Positions 32,947-44,000 of a stretch of 64,000 nt of DNA are shown piece after piece. Source of the stretch: Balanoglossus misakiensis. Its lineage: Eukaryota > Animalia > Hemichordata. The position numbers and the translations under genes were made by a program. The DNA lies in assembly GCA_040954595.2 (NCBI GenBank), contig CM082578.2, positions 9,223,519-9,287,518 of the forward strand, read 5' to 3'. A model generated the notes under the pieces. The model worked only from the letters and a program-made list of their open reading frames with translations, was not told the DNA's origin and searched no databases. The number at the start of each line of letters is the position of its first letter. Position 1 is the stretch's first letter.

Positions 32947-34070
32947 GGCAATAATTAATGTATGAGATGCAACCCCAAATGACAACGCGACTGTGATGTA
33001 TGCCATACTCTTTTCCTAGTCTGCGGGTAATGCGAAGTTAATTGTTTCAAACAATTGTTAATGATTTGATTACAAATCCTACGCATAGTCATATACATAT
33101 GTAGTTGCAATAATTGCAGCCCTTACGGACCGGTCATGCGACTTGAGCGTCAGGCTTGTGTGAAAGTCTGCAGCTTGCGCGATGGCTGCAATTATTGTAA
33201 GTCATTTACACCCACGCCACAGGGAAAGTTGAGAGCACCACCACGAACATGCGCCCTCTTTGACGGATAGTGAAAAACGTGCTTTCAAACATTTAAAACG
33301 TAGTGTACATAAATAGGCGGATCATGGCAAGGTTTTATCGATGTTTCTTTTAAGAGCGTTTGAAGATGACTTTTGCGTGCAGAGCTTAGAATCTGGCGAT
33401 GAAGTAGAGTTGATGGCTATAATTATTTGAAGATGTTTAATTGCAAGGAGAGTACATCAAGTAATGAAAGTCTGCAAGTCAACCACATTAAATTTTGTTA
33501 AATCTTTATTCTGGGTGACTTGAATATGCAAGAATGTACAGAACAAATGGCACAATTATACTGACTTTCGAAAATCTACGATTAAAATGTATGGTTTTCA
33601 TATTTTAAAAATATACCATCTTGGGACACATGGGGTCACTGATTGGGGATAATAAGGTTATCTGGGCATTTATTACATTAGATTATAATTAATTTATTCC
33701 GCATAAAATTATAAAATTAGTACTGCTGCTATCCCTTGGGGACAAGATATTTCTGCAATGTTACTGCCATGTAAATATCTACTGAAACCTCTTAGTAACA
33801 TACAAAAAACAACACACTATCGGACCTTAGTCCAGATGGCAATAGCAATATACAACAAGTTACAAAAAACTGTTAATGTTAAAATCAGAAAAACTGCCAT
33901 GGTTGTTCTCCCTTTGAACCAAATTGTGTTGGTTCAGAATTACTGCCTGTGAATGTATCGATGTTGTTGAGAGAATACCAAGTGAAGAAGGTTAAGGTTT
34001 CAGTAACTGATCAGGCAAACGGGGGAGAAACAGAGAAATCTTAAAACGAGTTCTCTCCATTGAATAACCC

Positions 34071-37021
34071 TCAAAAGTGCATTGACCTGTGCATGCCTTC
34101 TATGAACAGCTGGTAATTAGGTTCTGCGAGATAAAAAAAATTGATGAAAAAATATCAGTTACATGAAGGATATCTTGAGGAAAAATATTGCAATTTTCCA
34201 TTTCAGATTTTTTTCCGGTTTGATAATGCTTTTTCAAGTTTCATTTTGTGTGCGATTCACATAGCAACAGTGAGAATAAAACTACACATACTGTTGCTTC
34301 AGGTAATAATAATATCACTATGATATAGTTTACCTGTGTCAGGGTTGATGAACCCACGTCTGATGAGGAAACTCAGAGTGGTAAGGGCACTGTTTGGTTT
34401 GAAATCGCCGCTGGCTATCAGCTCCTTCGCCTGTTCATAGGAAACAATCAAATTCAGTTAGTCTAGGGAAACATTCAATGTCATTTAGTTACCATGATCA
34501 AAAACATGAAGTATAATTGTTGATTATTCCACCGAATGTCTATTTCAAATCCTGCTGAATGATACAACATAATGAATATGCGCATCATATAAAAGAGCAG
34601 ATCCAGGTGACAATTATTATTGTGGCACATTACCTGTTCAACTGTACAGAAATGGAATTCACTGACTTCCCCGTCTCCAATCCTGGGTTGAAAATCCAGA
34701 GGCAACTCCAGGTCGTACACAAATTCGACCACCGGGCTGATCCCTCTTTCATCCTCGTAACAATAGCTGGAAATAAACATTATCATAACTGCAGCTATTT
34801 CTACAAATCCAATAGTATTAGAAGCTGCTACTTAAATGGAACATTGGCCTATAAACTTGTACATAGGGGTTGTATGGTTTATACATATAATGTACACATT
34901 AGAATAATGACTGGGATTAATTCTAATGTGGTCAGACTGGCTTATTGCTCTCAGTTGCAAAGTGAGGTAGCCAATGTTCATCTTGAGGAATTTTGTGGCA
35001 GCTACTTATTCTGTCCAATTTTAACAACTGCACTAGGGGAGAAGTATGTTTTCTGAAGATGACAATAAAACCTGTCAACAGTGACGTGGTACTCAGAACA
35101 GTGGTCTCCCCTTTACCTAGTAGTCCCTACAGGCAGAGCTTGCTTGGCTATAGATTCTGGAATACAGGCTTCCTCTTGGCACTCTTTGAGCAAGCAGTCA
35201 AATATCTTCATACCTGCTGGTAGACCACCTGCCGACTAAGAAGAGAAAGACTATCTTTAATTAGAGGACAGAATGCACTACTTACACATGGAGTCAACGT
35301 CCCTCCACACATAGAGCTGTGCATGCTCATGATGTGCAAAGTGTCAAGCATGAGTTGGAGGGCACAAATTCAACAAAAGTATGGTATGATTGACTTCCAG
35401 ATTTTAAACTCAGAATGGTAAACCGATACCAACTGTGCAAAACACTGGAGGTCACGCAGGGGTCATGAATGCGGTCTGCTCTTTCTGAAAAACTTTCCCA
35501 CTGCGGATAACCTGAAATGAAAACTGTAGCTGTAATGATTGTTCAAAGGAGTGCCATATGGTGTAACGGCTAAAGTAATTATCTTACTATGTTATCCAGT
35601 TTTCCGGGAAATGTCTGTTTGGTTGGTGATCTGCGAGCAATCCACAAACAAAGCCCCTTTTCTGGGTGATGAGTGTATCCGTTGATGTGGACAGCATATT
35701 GGGTTATGCCAAAGAGAGCTGTCAGAAAGGAGAAAAACAATGTTTTTGTCAGGGTCGAAGCCATGGGCAGATACATGTAGATGATTTAAACAGTGGGATT
35801 CATTTGCCGGTTGAGGGCTTGCAGTAAGTTGTTACCCCGGTAGTGTGCAAGCATATTAGTACAATGTAGCAATGCATTATAGCCGAATTTTACTTGTTTG
35901 ACACAAAATAATTATACAGATATATAACTAACACACAAGTAACTTACTTGTAGCAGATCTTTCTATTTCCATTAGTGGAAGTGCTTGATAAGACTCTCTC
36001 ACAACATACTTCTACAGAATTAAATATCAGAAGTGATTTAATAAAAGGTAGATAAGGTAAATGATATAAATGGATGATAATAAGTTTTTTCTTTTGATGC
36101 CATACAACTTTGAGGTAAACTTGCTTGCCATGGAAATAATTCTAAAATTGTTTATAATTCTTCTGTAAAATTGATTATTTAATATTCTGTACATCATTAA
36201 GTTAGCTGCATGACAACATCTTAATACAGAGTTTTCCTTGACTCTAACAGACACTGACATACAATCAATCTCCTTATCATGGACAGGTCTTCTCAGACTC
36301 CTTTGTATACATGTATTGAGTCCAAAGAATCACAAACCTCACTCCTCCAGCCCCGCAAAGTGACAAATAAATCTTGCTCCCGCAATGCTTCTATCACTTG
36401 GTGAACTTTCTCTGTTCTGTCTTCATAAGTCTTTAATTCTGGGGACAGTGTTACAACTGCTGCTCTGTCAGATCCCTGGGCTATCTCAAACACACGAGGA
36501 AATTTCTTCAGCTGGAGTATAACATCTGGGGGAACAACACCAACTTGCTGACCCTCAATGAGAAATGGCCTGCATTGAGCTTTTGTTGAACCTGTGGCGT
36601 TTTTTTTCCAAGGCAAAAGACAATAGAATGCAGTCAATTCCTAATCTGATTGAAGATTCGTTGTCATGCGCAAAACGAACATAATTTTACTTTTAAAAGT
36701 TGAGTTTTGCTTTTTTTTTTACGCAATCGGTGAACTAGATAAATGAATTGATGAGCATGGGAATTTTTAATCGGATAGGTCCAAGGCAATATTTGACTAG
36801 AAGATGAATTGGAAAAGAAATGCTTTCCAAACCCGAAGGCCGATTCCACAGTCCCCCAGCCACTTCCGGGTTGGAGCTGGAGGGACTTGTCCATGACATT
36901 CACAACATGCAACATCGTCATCGGAAGTTTTGTAGACAGTCTTACCCGGCAGATCGAACGCATTGCACCACTTGACTACTTCAAGCATGCGCTGAGACCA
37001 AGATTTCCCCTTGCCAGCCAT
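34071..37021 (-). CDS. Nudix hydrolase, YJR142W / plant NUDT20-like (DUF4743 + Nudix), 8 exons, ~308 aa
   Basis: Exons 37021-36946, 36591-36338, 36011-35948, 35718-35588, 35235-35117, 34766-34634, 34430-34334, 34123-34071; 927 nt in frame. Family motifs LRGWRSE, ERSATTLFG, VHINGY, WIARRSPTKQTFPGKLDN, Nudix box GGLPAG..KECQEEA, YDLELP, DGEV, FKPN. Confidence 0.92.
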
Positions 37022-37984
37022 GCCACTTCATTCAACTGACTTGTTCTGCAAGGAGGTAGTCGAATCATGTGCAACAGGACAAACAGTAGCAGCCGAAATC
37101 AACAGCAACAAATATTTGTCTGCCGGCCACTTTCTCCTGTTGATTACCGCAATGCCCCATGGGGAAATGTTACCCGCAGCGCATCTCCGACGGACGATTT
37201 CGAAGTTTCATGTTTGTGAACAAAAATCTCGTGGCTTTCAATTCGCGTATCATATGAACCCAAGCAGGTGTGTCAACATGGTCAAAGTTCACGTTCGTGA
37301 AGTTGGCCTCATCCTCAGCTTCACCTTCATCTTCGCGTGACCTTTCAAGCTAAGGATGAGGATGAGGCTAACTTCAAGTACGGCTGCTGCTGCGCAAGTA
37401 CAAGTTGAGGGCATCGAGTCGGACCATATGAGATCAGGGAGGGGGGGGGGTAGTCTGAAAGATTGATGAGGTGACATCCAAAGTTTTAGCTCATCGGGTC
37501 TATTTATAGACCGAGGAGCTATTATTTTCCTTTCTTCTCCACTGAGCTCAGACTGTTATCTTTTCAAGTTAGTTATGTTGTAGTGAACCACTGAATAATC
37601 TGTAGTACATATGCAATAACATGTTATACTTTTTTTAAGTTTAACTTTATTTGAAAAGTTATTGGTATTATTACAGCCTTGTTTGTTTGATAAGATTCAG
37701 TAAACTGATTCCCTATAAAGCATAAATTTAGTGCCTGTACTTTCATTGTACAACTTTTAAACCACGGTTTCTGTAGTCCTGATGTCTGCTGAAATTGTTC
37801 GCCTAAACACCGAAAAACTTCAGTCAGACTGCAAAGTTAGGTATAACTGAGAGCTTTCTGGTCAACAGGAGGAGATGAAGTCTTCATTTCTACTTGTGGA
37901 TTGACTGTGCTGTGAGTTTCACATACATGTAGTCTAGGAGACCGCACTGCACCCTTTGAGGGCGTATCCTGCGCACAATCATAA

Positions 37985-37993
37985 ACCGGAAGT
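37985..37993 (+). promoter_or_regulatory. ETS (GABP/ELK-type) site in the divergent Nudix/SNX promoter region
   Basis: ACCGGAAGT about 70 nt upstream of the inferred SNX start codon; the two genes are head-to-head ~1 kb apart. Confidence 0.45.
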
Positions 37994-38063
37994 TGGATCT
38001 GCGCAGAGGTGTGTGTTGGATCAGTCCGAAAGAAGAACAAATGTACAGGATTTAAAGCTTGAC

Positions 38064-41000
38064 ATGGTGAGTATTGGCATGTCTGTTTGCACTATGACAC
38101 GTTTGCAGCGGGGAGATAGAAGCTATGTTTCGGTAGAGTATTCGGCACATGGATTCTATGATCCCATGAACCGCGAGAGCGATCATTCAGCTGACGAGCG
38201 ACTGTGATTTTGTAAGCTCCTATTGGGACTCCGAAATCTGTCAATGTCAATAACATTTTTATCTACATGTATATGAAATAGTGATACGTGGTTCACATCG
38301 CTGCTCTCACTGAAAACCACACCCTAAATCTAAGCAACGTCTTTCTCCGATGAAGATTTGAAGTATTATTTTCTGATGAAGTGAAATAGCGACCAATGAT
38401 TGTGTTTCTTGACGTTGATTGAAATAATATTATTACACATGTTACAAGGTCGATCTGATCGTCATATATATATGCTGCCTCTCCTTTCGAGTCTGGCACA
38501 GTCTCTCAGTATCAGGAGTTCACATATAGGCATTTTACCAGTATAGTGCCTGATGTGTCGACCTAGACTTGTCACTTTAAAAAAACAACGAAAATTGATA
38601 TCTTTAAATTATACACGTAAAGCTTGAAGGTGGGACTATACTAATCAGTAATACTCATATACCAAGATATATTTATCTTGACTCGGTCCTTGAAATGCAA
38701 AAATTACAAGTGTTCATATATTAGTTCCGTGACAAGTATTATTTATTCCACTTTTAAACTTGAGTGTGACTGGGACAGCATCAAGACACACCCCGAGTAA
38801 CTGTGACATTCATATTTAAGAACATCAAAGCCATCCTGGTAACCATTCTGACTTGTGTTTGTGTCTGATTTATTGTAGGAAATAATGCCAGATGCCAATG
38901 GTGACATTGCAGGGATGGAGCCCTTCGAACCGTGGTACAGTGTCCATGTTGTCGGAGCTACCAAAGATGGTGATAGCGTCAAGTACGAGCTGAAAACAAA
39001 AAAGGCAAGTGTGAGTTTTGAAGTGCAAATGTATAGCCACAGTTGCCATGGAAAGTTGAGATCTCTTCAATCACTGATTGTCACAGGGTGGCCACGCAAA
39101 AAAAGTGCACCACCAAATGATCATTCCAAAATTTAGAAATGCCCTTTTAACCATGGTCATATGCAAATTAATGGTGACTTTACCTGACCTCTGGAAATGA
39201 GATTTTTCACCTGCATACATTAAACATGAGGCCTTGTTTAAAAAAACTCCACATATATTCACATTCAAATTTCAATTCAGTAACATTAATTTGCAGTGTA
39301 GGCCTGATTTAGTACATGTATTTCTCTCAGACTCTTCAAGCCCTGTTCTTTGCAATTCTGCTGTCCATGGTTGTTTCACTACTGTACAGTGCCATTTATT
39401 CATTAACTCCAAGGCCGTTCATGCTTCTACAACAGTGGTCTAAAATAGAATCCTGCGTAGGCAGGAACTCTTACATGCATGTTATAAATCATAATCGCAA
39501 TCATAACATGAAAAATTGCCATTATTGAACTGTGGATTAGAACAGACGGTTTTATGAGATTATAAGAACAAAATACAACAGCACTTCCTACTGAAGCCCT
39601 TTAATACTGTTATATGTACAAGTTGACGCTAGATTTTATTATTGGATTGGCCCACTCAGACTGTACATTATGGTAATGCACGATGATTCAGTGGCCATTG
39701 AACACACTGATTATGATAGGACACAACTACTGGGTATTTCAGTATATGTTCCTCCCAATGATCTGCAAGGAAACAGCTTGAATATATTATTAAAACTGTT
39801 TCTTTTCAGTAGGAGGTTGTTCAGTGTAGTGTAATATCTCCATGGAGACAGTTTTTACAATATGCGCCACACTGTATTCATTGTAGCCGTGATTCATTCC
39901 AGTGCAATTTTATATGATACAGAGATATGTTAGGCAACTCAGAACAGTTGCATGTCACAATAATAAATAAATTACTATGCATGGAAATACATCATGGATA
40001 TTACAACAAGAAGCCACTAAACAGTTGCCATAGCGATTGAAGAATACTAGTACTCGTGTAAATTGGATATAGATGCTGTGATATAATACTTTTTAATAGA
40101 GGCTTATATTTCAATTCAATTTTATAGCCATTATGTGAATAATACGCTATAAAATTGCCATACTGTCAAGACCGAAATAGAAACTATGCAGAAAACGCAC
40201 TTTAAAATCAGACCATGAAACAATATACATAACACAAAACGACAAATGGGATTTAAAGAATTCAACAAGAGTTAACCCAAGAATCTATTGAAATGATGTT
40301 TTATCAAAATATGCTAGCATCCTTGTAAATGCCAGTAATCATTTTATATTTTACATGCGCCTTTATAAATTGATTGAGTGGTTGATTAATGATGGTAATA
40401 AATGTGCGATGAAATATTGACTATATCATAATGAAATTAAGATTTTCAAGCAATATGTACTGAAATAAATAAATTAGGGACTCCCATTTGTGTGTCTCTG
40501 TATTCTGCACTTCAGTACACATACACTGGCCTTCTAAATCTTCATTTAAGTACACAAAATTAGAGCAATTGCTAACTGCCTGTAGCCTCACCTGCTAATG
40601 TGACCATTTGAATTGCCTGTTTGGCAGAACTGAATTATCTCAACTCTCTCTAAGCACCAAGCGTGCCTGTGGCAGTTCTCGGCTAAGCTGACCATTTCAA
40701 TTTCCTGCTAATGCAAACATTTCATCGTCATGACCAGATTTAATTGAAAGACCTGTTGCTTGGATGACTAGAACCGTAAAACAACCTGACTTGCTTCGTG
40801 AGTGGAATGGCAAAATACAGATTTGGACATTGTATGTGCATTGAATCAATTGGCAATTTTTACTGGACTCGGGAGGTCAAACGGATTCATATTTTCTTTT
40901 ATAATTGTATAATTATTTTTTTTCTGTTTGTGTTATTTATATGCTTACATTATACAAGAACTCTCATTTAAATTTCGGAGACCATGATGTTAAACTCATC

Positions 41001-44000
41001 TGACCTTGGTAATATAGAAGGTCAAGCTGAGGAAATGCGCTTGGCCACATGTGTTATTGTGATAGCTGATTTTTGTCGCACTGATTCATCCTGTGTGTGT
41101 CTTGTTTCTTCCTCAGCTGGATGAAAGCAACAAAGAAGTGAATGTAATCCGAGAATACGAGGATTTCCAGTGGCTAGAGCATTGCCTTATCACAAACAAT
41201 GACGTCAGCGGACTTATCGTGAGTATGATCAGTCTACAGCTTCTCAAACTGCCAAAAACACGTACATGTTATCAAAACCTCGCTGAACAGTTTGTGTAAA
41301 TGACATTTTTGAGTCAGGTGTACCCTTGTGTTTCTTCTATTACTACAGAATTCTTTTTACTAGCACCAAATGCCAAACTAGCAACACCGGCTTTCTTTCA
41401 TGCCAGCAACGCGTTATCTCTAAAATTGTAACAACGTCACAATTTAGTAGACAAAGAGGCGACCCCCATCCCAATTGCGCAGTTGAAGTTAGGCTGTTCC
41501 ATTCGTAGCGAAGGAGGGCAAATGCAGTTGCCCTGAACGGATTTACTGGAATGCGATTCAAACCTGAAGGTTTGACTGATTTTAATTTTTCATTTGGTAA
41601 ATATTTTCATACAACTATTAGCATGCTGGTCGATACCCGCGTTTATAAGCCAGTCTTATAAATCAGTATCCCAATTGAGCAGTTGAAGGAAGTTTGGACT
41701 TTTCATAACAAGCTTTACTAGTAACCTCGGAGTAATAAACTAGTCAAAAAGTACATCACGTTTGAAACTTTGGGCTTTTCGGAATGGGAAATAGGGGAAC
41801 AAGAACACGGCTATACTATAATCATGAACACCAAGCAAACACGTTAAAAAAGACAGATCGGAAAAAATTTCACAAAGTCCATTTGAAAAATCCAGACACG
41901 AAAAATTTCGTTTAAAAAAAAAACGAAAAAAAGTTCACTAGGTCCGTTTGAAAAATCCAGTCCTGAAAAATGTTCGCAAAGTCCGATGAAACAGCCAGAT
42001 GTGTGCAAATGTTCACTAAGTCCGCAATTTCTGGCCTAAGGCATATCTGTGGGAGCTGTTGGGGACAGGTTAGTAGCGAACCCTGTTGCCGCGGCTGCGG
42101 TATCTGTGGCTGTGTTGACATCGCCAGTGTTTACAGTATATGATGGGACAAACTGTGACTGAGTATATAAAGGCGAATAATACCCAGGCAGCGTCGGAGA
42201 ATACTGTGGTGGTGGTGGTGGTGGTGTGTTAAAGCCATACGGCAAATAAGTGTTGAATGGATTTCCATATTGATGGTAGTAATACGGGAAGCGCACTGAA
42301 TTGTCCGCAACTGCGTTACCAGGAATTCCCGCGTTAGGCCTAACATTTGCATACTGCCCTGAATTGTCACTTATGGGCGCGCTCTCCGTCTCTGGATCAA
42401 CGTGACTGAGTGATACGGCGTTTGATGTAGCGGTGTTTGCCGCGGCACACGCGGGTGCTTTGTTTGCTTCTTGAAGTTTATAGCGTGTTGGGTTTGACTC
42501 CATCAGCAAGTCAACTGCGGATTTTTTGGGTTTCCGTATGGCCGTTTCAGCAGTTTTCAGTAAAGACTGGGCATTGATAATTCCCTGGAAGCTGTGACAT
42601 GCTACATCCAAATCACCGGGCAATTTTCCATTAAAATGTTTCTTTAATAAAGCAATATCTGCTTGCAGTTCCAAATTACGCTTTCGACGACCAATGGCAT
42701 CGATTAAATACTTGTCCTTGTCTGAGCGAATGACAAACGGTTCAATACGCTTTTCGAATGTAGAATTTATGCGATCAAATGCCTTGATTTTTCCTTCGAG
42801 TTCAAGTTCTGCGCGTTTCAGTTCTCTCTCGGATTTATCCATAAGATGTGCAGCATCGTTCAACTCTTGTTGTTCACCTCTATGTGACTCGAGTTCACCG
42901 CACTGAAGAGCCGATTTGCACGAGATGTTCGGACAGTTCCCTCGGTGGTGACCTGTACCTCGTTGGTGACAATTTGAGCAAATGCGTTTTCTTTTATCTA
43001 TTGGAACGGCTGGCATCAGTTTGCCCTTCAAGCAGCGATAGCGTTCAGCGTACTCTTCATATTCTACCTTCTTTGCATTCATTTCAGTCGTTTTCAAATC
43101 GATGTCGACTTCCATGGGTGATTTATAAACAAAAGAATCGTCAGAGTTTACTGATACATCATCAAGCCTGACCCTTTTAGAACTTGGCTTCACAGATTCA
43201 AACGCTAAACCACGGCGTGACGAGTCGCTGGTGTCGCGAACACGTGGTGCATGTCGATCGCTGGTGGTTATATCTCCTGAATACCGTTTATCGTGAGGCG
43301 AAGCTCCGTCGACTACTCGAATATGAAGTGTGGCGACATCTGATGTCGATGAACGCCGTGCATACCGCAGAAGTCGCGGGAAAGAATTTTCATTCAGATC
43401 CACCCAGCTGTTTTCTTCATTTCTGAAGCAGAGGCGAACACACGACATCCTACCTATGTAACTTATTTTGGATCCAATAAACGAAGTAAGGCCAAATTCC
43501 CCGAGATTTACGACATCTGCAACGTCAATATCAAGAGGTGTACATCGTTCATTACCGTAGTACTCGTAATGAACAACCATTTCAAGTACATCTGATTCCA
43601 ATGGTTTTGAGAACGCCATGATCACTGCTAGCTCCACTTGCACTCCGCTAATGTGCGCGCCAAATGCATATGCCACAGACCAAGACATGACATGTATCAC
43701 CACGCGAGAGTGGTCATCCGATTGGCTGAGAAAAGTAGCAAAAACCCATCTTGGCGTCTAAATTTTGCTGTAGTTTTACTGTCTGGCTTTGAGAGGCATT
43801 TGATAGAAATATAGCATCGATTTGGAGTAGTTTGAATATTTGACAACAGCTTATTATTGATATGATAGTTTGTCCCGCCTTGCCAAACAGACAGCACAGT
43901 TAGATTCTAAAAATTCCTACTGTGGTATAGAATCCAACGCAGTCTGCGGTAGTGATAGTTTGTAAACAATGGTAAACCGCATACTCCAAGTTGTAATACA

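Noticed and set aside
29976-33006. Antisense ORFs (234 and 246 aa) over the sulfotransferases
   Set aside because: Codon-mirrored antisense frames of real genes; their similarity just reflects the duplication.
41343-41561. Duplicated small ORF MNRIPVNPF... (also 45212-45451)
   Set aside because: It is the TIR read in each orientation, with a non-ATG start; no evidence of coding.
42036-43703. ORF2 as a Fanzor/TnpB RNA-guided nuclease (known cargo of IS630/mariner elements)
   Set aside because: No RuvC I/II/III motifs (no D-x-G, no RD.NAA-like end) and no C-terminal CxxC..CxxC finger; C-terminus is low-complexity. A structure search should confirm.
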